From positions 44,082,001 through 44,146,000 of the forward strand of contig OZ287748.1 in the NCBI GenBank assembly GCA_965649765.1: a DNA stretch of 64,000 nucleotides. Reading direction: 5' to 3'. The notes beneath the pieces are model-generated. The model made no database searches, was not told the origin of the DNA, and saw only the letters and a program-made list of their open reading frames with translations. Both the position numbers and the translations under genes were made by a program. Below, in pieces: positions 38,811 through 50,948 of this stretch. This DNA is from Bispira polyomma. Taxonomy: Eukaryota. The stretch's first letter is position 1. Each line of letters starts with the position of its first letter.

Positions 38811-40502
38811 CACTTGTTTAAAGAAATAAAATAAAATTAAAGTTAAAATTTCATGTTAAAAATATTAAACATCTAACAATTAAAGTGTGTAGACATATAT
38901 AACTGAGAGACTCAATATAATAGAAAAATAAATAATGCTATTTCTTGGTTAAAACCAAATCATCACCATATCATTATCAAACCCAAAGCATTTTAAAATT
39001 TGTCTAGTAAACGTAAGGATTAACCAGTGTGTATAATAAGGAGTATATTTTGTATGGCTAGTGTCACTATTTTCTGTATGTGAGGCCTTAATGTTTATTA
39101 ATGCAGTGAGGAGCAATATTTACCATATTTAGAGAAAAATATTTAATGATAATCCTGTGCTAAAATATAGTTTACTTCACCTTTTCTACAGGAAAGACTT
39201 TGTGTATTAAATAATAAACAACTATTGAATACAAGTTATTATGTTTTATCAGGATTTTGCTACGTGATACTTTTTATTATTATTTTTTCACTTTCCTTTC
39301 TTAATAATTTTTTTAATATCAGACAGGCTAGAACAGCAGTAGATGTATATTAACCGACTATAAACAGACTAGGCCAACAGTAAACAGCAAAATATATATG
39401 TATACCGAAACACCAAATTTATGTGTGAATGTATCATAATTTTCATCTCATTTTAAAATTATTTTATATTGTGGTTGCATTATTTTCAGCACCTGCTTCA
39501 GCATTAGGACTAGAACATACTAAATTCTGAGTACTCCCAATCTGTGGCCTTGACGACCCAAAACACTGGCAAAATGGCTGCCAGTAAAGAGATTTGCTTG
39601 CCGTTTTATTATGACAGAGATTTTTATCAAATAGTGTCAACATAAATCTCCCTAATAATTTAATTAAATACAGCCGGTTGGACTTTTTCTTCATATTTAC
39701 TACATTTATGCATTATAAATACTAACACCATGTGGATATAGAGAAATTCACGCCTCGTGTGTGTACAAACCCTCGAACGCTCACCATTGGTAATCACGAG
39801 CTCACCAGTCGTAATTACCGTATTCATGAGGCTGCTCGAATGTACCATTATTATGAATGTGTCTCAGGTAAGTTTTACTTTAAACACCTTTATTCCAAAA
39901 TAATACCATTAAAACCATGGAATTAAAACACATGAAGGCTTTTTTCAAAATAAATTAAAATTAACTAACCAAATTAATAATCTAAATTAACTAGCAGTTG
40001 CTTTTTCTTGTATTGGGTTTAAGTTCCTTCTAGGATTTAAACAATATTTCAATATTACTAAACATGAATGAAATAGTCAGCTTAGAGAATGTAACTAAAT
40101 TACCTAGCGTTGTTTTGTTTTTACTCTGGGTTCTAGTACATTTTAATTGTTTACAAAGTTTCAGTTTTACAAACTTTTATGAGTAGTAAGAACTGGTATT
40201 AATTTTCAGAACCTCATAAAAAGTATATTTTAGGTACATTTACCTATGTTTAGAATAGTTTGTTTTAAAATCATGTATTATTGCTCAGTATCTCAGATGA
40301 AGGCCATAGAATGTTTAAGCTTTAAGTTTTTATACTTTTTTAATAATGCTAGTGTTTTTTTGTTGTACTGTGTAAGAGGAAAGTTTCATTAGTTATGAAT
40401 TTTAGCTACTGTGTGTAGATAGTGAAACTTAATTCCTAGTGGTTTATTTATTTGTATTTATCTTCTGACTAAATATTGTCCAACAGTAAGAATCAATTCC
40501 AG

Positions 40503-40565
40503 TCAATTTCAATTTCCTCATAAACTTCACATCACCATGGTCTTTGCTTCTGCTTGTTTTAGCTG
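40503..40565 (+). other. Leader-like exon upstream of unit D (..SPWSLLLLVLA-G|gtgagt) with no in-frame ATG
   Basis: Hydrophobic run ending in a phase-1 G|gtgagt like the other leaders; the frame is closed by TAA just upstream. Confidence 0.45.
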
Positions 40566-41686
40566 GTGAGTTTAACACAAATCCAGCCCCTAAAACCTCA
40601 ACAAACAAACTCTGCTGCTTGAATATAGAATCAATTCTCAACAAGCATGTATACACATCTCTAAATTGGTTACAACAAAAATTACATGTAAAATTACATG
40701 TCAGTGGCTAGGTCAGAAGGTATAATATGTCATCTTTTATTAATGAAAAGGAAGGGTAATGTAAGCTTTACCCAAAACTATCGAATGGTCCACCTGATAA
40801 TGCAGATGTTGTTATATCCTTCAGAAACAGACTTTAAAGTAAACCCGTTGATGTGTTTTTTCAGATAGTGGGCATTAGACTTTATTTGTACAAAGGTTAA
40901 TTGTCACAGTGTATTTAAAGTATTAGTTATCACCTTAAGATGTTTTACTCATGTTATATCATAGTTACAAATTTGTAATATCATTTTTGTTAATATATTA
41001 AATAACAATATGCAATGCAAACAAATCATTCACAGAAGTGTTTGTGAGTATTTGTCCAATGTATTGGCTCACTGGTTCTGTTGTTGCGCTTTAGAAGATG
41101 CCTAGTATCAATAAAGTGCGTTAAAATTCATATTAATAAAAAAATAAGTAATAGTACAGTAGTGTACATCAGATGTTAGACATTTTCATTGTTATATTTT
41201 CTTTTATTGGATTAGATGATGTTTTATCAGGTGATAATATTACAATCACTGATTGCACTGACAGGATCTTCCAGGTCACTAACCATTCGTTTACCAGTTC
41301 ACAAACAAAGTTAAGCATGTAAGTTATGAATTTTATTGTTTCAAAAATTGTGCTTATAGTTATGCATGAAAAAAAAATCATTTTAAAAACTACATTGCTA
41401 TGATAAATAACTTTTCTCTTAAATAATAACAATATTAAGTTTATTTACAAGTGAATGTGTGAAATGACCAAAATTACTTTTTATGTATCATACATTCATA
41501 GATATTAATCAACAACTCACACTATTTTGCATGTGTAATCTCTCAAAACTGGAAAAAATGAAGAAAAATTGGACAAAAGTAATTTATCGAACCACTTGTG
41601 TAATTAGTTGTAGACTTTACACAGAAATAAAGTTGAAAAAATATGGCTTTATATAGAAGTTGACACTATTGAATCGGGCAGGCCTT

Positions 41687-41870
41687 TGTAGTGTATTGGT
41701 GGCAATCTTGTCTTCCACCTCTACAATTGTGGGCTTGAATCCCAGCTTCCTGCATCGATGTGGGACTATTTAGCAGTATGACTTGTTGCAGGCAGGTGGT
41801 TAACAATGCAGGCATTTTGACATACTAACATGGTTTCATCCACCAGTAAAACAAATAGAGTGACATAATA
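41687..41870 (+). mobile_element. Degenerate tRNA-derived SINE
   Basis: gtgggcttgaatccc B-box and atgtgggac...gtttcatccacca body like 19976-20170. Confidence 0.55.
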
Positions 41871-41996
41871 TAAAGGTGATGGAAATTATATATATATATA
41901 CATTCTTGTCCTGTGTCATTGCAAACACTTTCATTGTGCAGTTTTAATAAAATATATTATGGTTTCATGGTTCTTTTTAATGGAATGTATCTACAG

Positions 41997-42090
41997 GTTC
42001 AATCATATCCGCAGTAGCTGGTGGAGGAGGCGGTCTCATTATTATTGTTATAATTATTATCACCATATGTTGTTGCATACGATATACCAG
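41997..42090 (+). CDS. Unit D transmembrane exon (GSIISAVAGGGGGLIIIVIIIITICCCIRYT), phase 1-2
   Basis: ctacag| and AG|gtaata; homologous to the unit B TM exon. Confidence 0.88.
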
Positions 42091-42512
42091 GTAATATTCA
42101 TTATTTAATATTGCTAGAGCTAACTAAATGATTAGGTTTCTTATGTACTGCAACAATTTACATAGACCGCAATATTTACATAGTTAAGTTTGATGCACTT
42201 TGAGATATACTTTCTAGATATGGTGAAAGTTTTTTAGTTAGAGATAATATGTGTTAGCACCCGAGAAATTATTCTTCAATAAATTGTCTTATAAAGTTAT
42301 ATAACTGCATATTGTAAACAGATTATATGTCTCAAAAGTTTAAAAGTAATAATAATTAATAGAGAAAACAACGCTGCAGGATAGCTACAGTTTTTGTTTT
42401 TTTTTATTGTTTAAGCTGCTGAAATAAATAGCATTAGATAGACGAATAATTGTTTAATGTGTTCTTGTACATTAAAGAGCTTGTGAAAAATAATATATTA
42501 AAGTGCTTACAG

Positions 42513-43533
42513 ATCAAAAGAGACTACTGTGCCCAACTCATGAAATGACAGTGTACATCTTGAAAATGGAATTTAAATGAACAACATTTCTAATAACAGC
42601 AAGTCTGATACAAATTCTTCCCGTCAAGATGACCCTAACACAGTGAAGACAAACATGTATGCCTCTGTGACTAAAGCTATTAGTCACAAAAAAACAAGTG
42701 TCAAGATTATGCCACCTGAAGACGATGAAGCAAATTATGTTTACAGTGATAAACCAGCAATTCCTAAAAAAATGCCAGACTTAGTGTGTGATACTTCTTG
42801 TGACTCATCAAGAAAAGGAAACATTGACCCCAAAAAGAAAGAAGATCAGAATGCATATGAAGATGTGGTGAAAAATCAGAATGATGATGATGCATTGATG
42901 CCCAGTGTAGCCAACACTCAGAATGATACACCAGTGATGCCAATTGCAAACAACAGTGAGTATGATGCACCTCTAATGCTAGGCTTGACAAATGGTCAGT
43001 ATGATGCACCAATAATGAACAATCAATACGATGCACCACTAGTACCGGATGAAAGTACACCATCAGAAGATTCCTATGTGATCCGTATACAAGCTACAGA
43101 CTATGCAGAATCATATGCAAAAACCAGTGGAGATGACATCACTTCCAAGCCATCGATACATATTAAGCAACATGTTTCCAGTGATGTAGTGCCCAATAGT
43201 TTTGAATATGACTATGCTGACATGATAGACAAAGAGAGGTCAATAATAGATAAAGATTCTGTTGTAACAAAAGAAATTTTATATGAGAAGGATAAGAGTG
43301 CTGGAGCATCAGATGATTATTCTGATGTAGAAATACAGGAAGAAAATCCCAAAGAAGATTCAGCTATGGAAACGAGACTAACAGAGTATGTTCTGGCAGT
43401 AGAAAAGCCTGTACATCTGGACAGAGGAGAAAATGGTGTTGCACAATCATTAGCCAAAGACAAGCAAGAAATAGATACTAAGACACTTCAGGTTTTAACC
43501 ATTATGGTTGAAAATGAAATATACAATACTTAA
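42513..43533 (+). CDS. Unit D cytoplasmic-tail exon (16 Tyr); two stops at its 5' end, possible alternative start at 42600
   Basis: ORF 42577-43533 shares YASV, DKPAIPKK, DYAESYAK, EYDYADM and MVENEIY with B. From the ttacag|42513 acceptor the frame hits TGA 42541 and TAA 42574. Confidence 0.75.
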
Positions 43534-44736
43534 ATTTGATGGACATGCTGACAATTAGTAATGATGTCATTAATAATATGTAACACAAAGTCACAGTATC
43601 CCAGAAATAGTTAAAATTAAAGAGTAACTAATTGGTAACTACACAAGGCCACTGTTATAATTGTATTGAATTCTGTTTATCTTTAAATCATACTCATCAA
43701 ATACCTATGTAAATTGTAGACATATTCCACTACATCTGCACACTCCAATTTTACAAAGCACTATTGCTCAGCATTAAATATTGGATATTTATGTACAGCT
43801 TAACATATATATGTAGATACAGCCACTTTTTCATAACAAATTTCTTTGTGCATTAGTTATCAGTTTAGTTCTATATCATGACTGCTGTAATGACTGGATG
43901 AATTTAAAATGGGTGATTTTGTAAATTGTAACAGATTCCAAACACATGACACTGGTATATTTGTACATACTAATCACATTCAGAATAATAGTTTACCTTG
44001 GATTGAAGTTATTAACCTTTCGTGATTGGAAAAAAATAAAGCCAACCAATGCTTTCAATAGTCATACCGCAAATTACCAAGAGACACAAGGACTCCCTAG
44101 CATCTTTAATCTGCGACAGAGAGGAGTATGGCGCCAGGACAGATGACTGACCACTATTGCAAGTGGTTTGCAAGAGAATCCATCTCTAGATGCGATCAAA
44201 CATAGGCTCTCTTGTGCCAAAGAACCTCTGTTACCCTCAAGGCCCCATTGACAAATAAAGTTGTTTTTGTACAATTAACCGCTTAACCTTACCCTTATTT
44301 CTAATTAATTAAATTCAATTCTTTGTATCAATTTTTTTATAAGTGATGAAATTACTGTACAAAATGTAATGAAAAGCATGATTAAATATCTAATCATAGG
44401 CCTGAAAGTTTTGACACTGCTGTCAATCTTGTATTGTTTTGTTTAAGTGACTCAATTTTAACAGTGTTGTATACAAACCATTGCTATGCATTTGTGTCTG
44501 TGAGATATTTTTCTAAAATACAGAATTGTTTATATTGTGCCCCTTAAAAAGCTGCATTGACACTAAAGTTAGACATGACCTTACCATGTTCACACTAGCC
44601 TCATCACCTAAATATATAAAAAAATATACAGCCCCGATGGGCTAGCAGGGTCAGTGCTAATTAGTGAATGTTAAAACTATCACAATGACCCCTTCAGTGA
44701 TTGGTGGTATATATATTTCCGGATAAATTGTCTTAA

Positions 44737-45617
44737 GGCTTTAGTAACGTAAACACAAAAAGCGATCACCGCTAAACCACGTTATGTGTGCTCGAGCTTC
44801 TCAGAAACTGTACAACGTTTTCTTTGTGACCTTAAACTCGATTTATAGATAACATATTTAAATTTTCATGAGCAGAAATAATGAAAAATGACTTATATTT
44901 TACTTATATACTAATTCATTTATTTTACGTGCCATTTTAATAGGTATTTTCAGACATACAATGCATATAGCAGTGTATAAAATGGTAACTAAAATGTGTA
45001 ATATTTTCAAAGTACATGCTTCACAAACGTGACACAATTCACATACCAAGAAAGAATCAATACTAAAGTATTGGGCATGACAAGAAAAAGCAAAACATCA
45101 GCATTATTTTGAATGAATTCGTTTTTTTTAATAAAAGCACAAAAAACGGGAATAATTTCAGAAAAACAATAAAGTTACACTCTTCAAAAGAGAAAGATGT
45201 TTGTATTCTTCGTTTTTATAAAATAAAGAAACATATTAAAAAATGTAATTCATTAAAAATAATATACATGTTCTCTAAAGTTGTTTAGTGTATATAATGT
45301 CTGCATCTGTGTTGGATCAATACTCAAATTGTGTCACAATAGAAAGGCTTCTCTTCGAGATTTGTTTACAAATATGACGTACCTCCATAGATTTCAAATT
45401 GTGTGACGTCACAATGCAAGAATCGTTATACTGCTTTTTTAATAACTAAGCAATAAAATAATGAAGTTTTAAATGGTATTTGCATATAAAAATATGTAAA
45501 ACGGTCATTAAAGAACCATTTTATGGCTGCTGTAGTAGGTATATGTGCTAAAGTTATAATTCGTAAATGCAGTATGATTTATCGGCAACGTCTTTTTGTG
45601 TTTACGTTACTAAAACC
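44737..45617. mobile_element. Kolobok-like non-autonomous DNA transposon
   Basis: 26-bp TIR gg(c/t)tttagtaacgtaaacacaaaaag, TTAA on both sides, GG...CC termini. Confidence 0.8.
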
Positions 45618-46349
45618 TTAAGGTTTCACTTGTAAGCTGAAAGTCAAACTGGAAAGACAGATACAGTGATGCTTAAACTTCGTGCCCTTGTAATGTCGTC
45701 CTTTTTTAGTTCAAAAGTAGCCTTATTGTTCAATCAGCAAACTCTAACTTTGGCGTAGGAACATTGTATGCTACTTTTTGGTATGCTTAGTCCTAACCAA
45801 TGTGTCGTTTCTCCCTTTCTTGAGCTCACTGTTAATGTATATCAAATAAGACATTGCAACCACTGAACAGGTAACATCTCATCTAATGTGGGCTTTCATT
45901 ACTGTCCGTCACAGTACTGTAATCCTGGGGCCAATTAACTTGTACCCCCGCTCTAAAGTACCCTGGTTTTACTGAGGAGATGTTTTTACCTTTTGTATTT
46001 AAGGCTTGATGTACCCTCATGCTCACGTAACCATCTATGAGCCTCAACCAGCACATGTGAACCAATGTGTAGGAATGACCTCAAAGTATGTCAATATGGG
46101 TACTTTAGTAGCCTCAAATATGTTTCCCTCATGTATATCAGTTTTCTAGATCATAGCCTTGGTCGAACTTTGAGCCTTAGAATCGGATTGGTCAATTGGT
46201 AATTTGGGGAGGGAACAGGAATAAATAAAAGGCAGGCAAGCCAGTATTTTTTATTCATTCAGCCACAGCATCTCGAAAGTACACTTCAACTGACAATCAA
46301 AGATATTTTATTATTACTGAGAAAGGGTATTAGTTTTTTTGCGAGGTAA

Positions 46350-48620
46350 ACTTTTTATAATGGCACCAAAAAGGAGACCCAAAAAGAAGAGGATGGAGAA
46401 AGTATATGAAAAGCAGAGTTGTGAGTTCAACATGGGGGGCATCAGCAGACGTGGCCATTCCAGACACACAGTAGGTGTCACGGGGGACACAGGATCAAGA
46501 GACACAGTGTGAAGGGACCCATGACCTACTTGGGACAGATGATACAACTAAGGACAGCGAAGTGGCTGGCTACAACAGGAGAAATAGAAAAATATGCGAG
46601 CAATGCTACTAAAATATGATCAAGAGGAGGCCGTGGTAGACGTAGAGAAGGAGTGACTCTATAACAAGCATGATCCACTCTACAAGGACACCCAGAAAAA
46701 GGACATTGTGTCGCAAGACTTCTGTATCTCCAAAGGGTTAGATCCCAGCGGGATGAAGAAGTGGTTCCAATCGCAGAGGATGATCTATGGCAAACTCAGA
46801 ATGATCAAGTCTGACCAAGCTCCATCACACCTCACTGCGAGGCAGTGATAGGTGAAGGATAACTTTGGCTTTCTCATGCCGCATATTATCCGCCACGTAT
46901 CCAGGACAGCAGGCATCAAGACAATACTATCATCATTCCTTGGAGTAGCTCTTCATTCACCTACTGCCGTGGGATCACAGTCAGACAGTGAAAGAAGGGA
47001 TTCAGAGATACAGTATTCAATCCTGATAGCTCGCCTGGCAGCCTTTTCAAGCAGTCATCAACCCACTCCGGTTTCCTGAAGGATGTCTCCAGCAAGACCA
47101 AGCCCAAGGGGCCAAGAGGTGCTTTCTTTAACTGATTGTCTTTAAAAGCTGAGAAACTCCCTGATCATTACTTTAACCATTTCAGGAGGGATTCCTTCAA
47201 CCTTGTCAGCAACCTACATGAGCGGGTTTCCAGCTCGCAACCAACAGTGCCACAGTTCCAACCACACCAGTATCAAGCACAACCTCTTCCCATGTACCAG
47301 ATGGGGCCACCTACGTTTATACCACAGCAACACCAACAGGCAGCGCAGTATGTGTGCCAGCAGCCACAGCCAAGATCACAGGAGCCATGCCTCCTCAGCA
47401 GTCACCTGTCAGGTCACAGCAGTCCACCAACGAGCTTGTCCAACAAGCCTCACAAATAATCTCAGAAGGTTCTTCGACAGCAAGCACCAGTGGCATCCAG
47501 TTCTCCAACCCAGGTTCAGTGAAGTCCGATATAATGAAATCAGTGTCCTTTATTAGGGGATTCAACATGGGGGCTGGGGACATTAGCTACCAGAAAATTG
47601 TCACCCCAGGGCTATTCACGCTTATAGACACTCTAATTACAACCTCTAATTAACCAAGATTTCCACTTACGCACATTTAAAATTTAAAAATGTAGTGAGT
47701 CTAAAAATTGTTTTCTACATAAAAAGGGAGTTGACTTAACAGTGTTCTACTTGAGGGGGTTTCCACATACAGGGAGAGGTGAGGTTATCCCAAGAAAGGG
47801 GAATTGATTTGACAATGTATAAGGGAGTTTCACAAGTTTAAAAGTTAAAAATTTATTTAAATTATTCATTTTTGTGTGTGGGGAAAGTATTTTGTTCTTT
47901 TGTGTGTATGTGTGGAAAGTTATTTGTGGGGGCAGTTTGCTTCTTTTTGTGAGGGTTGTTTTCATTTTTTCAACAACTTGATCCTGTAAAGCTGCGAATC
48001 TAAGCTTGACCTGCTTGAACCGAGTTCGAGCCACAGGAAACAGTAACCATGTTTACTAGGGCAAGCATGACGACTGAGTGGAATCCCTTGTAGTTGAAGT
48101 ACTCACTCCCACCCTTCCTTGGACAATATATTAGCAATGTGCTTGCCGTCTATGACCCTCAGGGCATTTGGAAGGTTCCCCTTATTCATTCTTTCAGTCC
48201 TTAGGGCTAATGGGGCATGTAAGGAATTCTTCTGGGTACTCATCTTTGATGGCCTGGCAAACATGTGGCACAAACTTGGTGATGGTTGACTTGCCCCTGA
48301 AAGAGTACTGCAGTGATGTGTATGACTCCCTAGTGGCCAAATGTATAAAAGTGATAGCTATCTTGAGTCCAGGAGACAGTGGCTTCCTGCACAAGGTGGT
48401 CTGTCCCTGTTTCCCACCCTTTTCTTACTCTTCTGGAACACGTCAGGGGGAATCCTGAGGAAGTTGCGGGATGCCTGGACATCTTGCAACTCCATGCGTG
48501 GCAGAAGCGTTGTGTAGTGTCCATGCTCTTCCCTCCCTTTGAGCCTTGGATTGATCCAAAACCTTTGCCTTGCTCTTCCTCTTCTGGCCACCTTTCCATG
48601 AGCCTGAGTCTGTGTCTTGT
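46350..48620. mobile_element. Decayed autonomous Harbinger: MADF-like gene (+) and HARBI1-like DDE nuclease (-), convergent
   Basis: Plus strand LYNK..YKD..KKWFQSQR..YGKL..NFGFL. Minus strand RFWINP..RNFLRI, PGLKIAITFIHLAT, IDGKHI and YFNYKGFHS. TIRs not located. Confidence 0.85.
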
Positions 48621-50893
48621 GTGCCTCCTTAATCTTCTTATTCTTCCTTCAATGTCTTATAATAACCAATAATAACCAATATTAGCCATTACTTGAACGC
48701 GCATGTATTTTTTGGATTGTAACTGGCTGCAACAACTTATATTTTTCAATTGGTGAGGTCAGGGAAAAAAATTAGGTGATCCTGGAGACTAATCGAGCTG
48801 ATCTATCCTACCTCTCGGGGCTTGCCAATGAGTTATCTTGTCGGTCGTTACACAATACAAGTATAAGATGATGAGACATTTTTCCAGTGCTTTTCTAAAC
48901 CAATTAGCACAAAATGCTCACGATTGACCCTGATCATATAATTAGCCCATTGCCCTGACTAGTCTCAATAGTAGAACAGTAGCATTACCAACACTGAGGC
49001 ACTCAGAACTACCTATTTTAATGTGCAGTAAACCCCAGGTGGAAAGAACTAAAGGACACCAGTGAAGCGGGCAACTTTAAAAGGGACGTACGTACATAGT
49101 TTGGTTCAACCAACAAGTGTCTTGGCCACAAAATTATGTCTTAGGAGAACAAATTATGTCAGGTTTAGCATATAATAACCAGTTTTTCTAGTTTTAATGA
49201 AATATGTACATAATGGGTAGAAATTACATAGAATACACTAGCTATTCCCAATCAAATGACTTTAAATCGCAAGGTCCAAATGATGTCAAAGTAGAAGAGG
49301 CATTGAAAATGTTTTTCAGTTTGCAAATTCACTAAGAGAGGGTTCACGTCTGTTATTAGATTTTGCATATTGTATATAAACATACAATTAACCTCACAAT
49401 AATATTAATCTTAAGAAATTTATGTAAGTATTGAAGTATGAGGTAAACACTTGAGACAATCAGGAAAAAATCCACACGTGAAGACTGGGCAAGACCGTCT
49501 CCCCTGTGCATTATTTTTAAAGAAAGAAAGGTTTTATTTTTTCTGTATCATGTTTCATGTGTACGAATGTAACCAATTTTTTTTTTTTCCTATATCATGT
49601 TTCATGTATACGAGAATAAAGATTATTATTATTATATATATATGTATGAATATATTGTGGTGCTGGAAAAGAAATGATGTAGCCTTGTCTAAGGCTTACC
49701 TTTTTCTCCACTTTAGCCTTCAAAATTCTGGACATTTTGGGGCTCAAAGTGAGGATGATGTGTTACAATACAGTAGGTGAGAGCTAAAGTCATATTGTAA
49801 TGGAAATACATAATACAATAGGAATAAATTACAATAGAATTTGGTAGAATAAAAATGACTTTAATTGCCTCTAAAGATAGGACTTAATTCTAAAGGGATT
49901 CTGCTAAGTGGAAAAAAATACTTCGAAAGATATATATGGCTCGAATAGTCATTGTTAATGTAAGCATATGATTGTTTCTGGCAGACATATATAATATCAC
50001 AAAAGTAAGCCGGTTGGCCTAAGTGATGTTTTGCATTTTATGAGATGAAGTTTATATGTTATTCCTTATCAACTTGGAAGCCAATTTTTTTAATTGTGAC
50101 ATTGTTTTAAGACTCCCAATAGTCACTGCAACTGATAACAAGATATAAAACTCACATTGGCCATAAGGTAGAAAAACGCCAAGGCTAATTGTAAGTTGAT
50201 AGAGCTTGTGATGGGCATTATAAGTATTTCCATATATTCAGAAATTAGGAATTTTGGGTATGATCTAGGTCACAGGATTTTCAAAGTGATTCTTAATCAT
50301 TTTCCATTTTTTCTTTTTTACTGCAATGAAACTGAACCACTTTTTTGTTTTTCTATTATAAAACCCAACCCAACTCAAACAAGATTTTTGAATAAAAATT
50401 GAAATTAGATTAAGTATGCATGTTTTAATATTTACTTTCTTAAATGGTAGAAAAATCGCTACCACTACATTATTTTCTGGATTGTAATTGTAAGTGACAA
50501 TTCAATGGCAATGTATACCGCTTGGGTTTTATATTATGAAGGTGTGTTCTCTAAAAGACTCCGTTTGGTTTAAATGTTTTATATATATTTGAAAATCAAG
50601 TGAACATTTTATATCATGCTGACAAATATATACCCTCTACATCAGTTTTTAGGGTGTGTGTTTTTGGTTGTTTTATGTTAAGGGGGTATTTTGTCAAGCA
50701 AGTATTAGAAGTAAAGCTATCTTTAATATAATTTCTAACTCTACTTCCTTAAAGAATTAAATATATGGTTATTCTTATGGAATCAGGTTTTCCAGATATT
50801 TGTTTGGTGATCTTGTTTGTTTCTTATTTTACAAAGCTAGAATAGGAAATACAGATGATTTATTCGTTTATTGAAATACTGACAGTGAGAAAT

Positions 50894-50948
50894 ATGGATA
50901 GACAGTGCCTGTGTCTTATTTGTTGCCTATCATTTGGTATTGTACTTG
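50894..50948 (+). CDS. Unit C leader exon (MDRQCLCLICCLSFGIVL)
   Basis: ATG, hydrophobic run, G|gtgagt. Confidence 0.88.

Noticed and set aside
40740-40895. Possible relic of a unit D lectin exon (..LDFICTK|gt)
   Set aside because: Only a few residues resemble the exon end; the frame is closed and the Cys pattern is absent.
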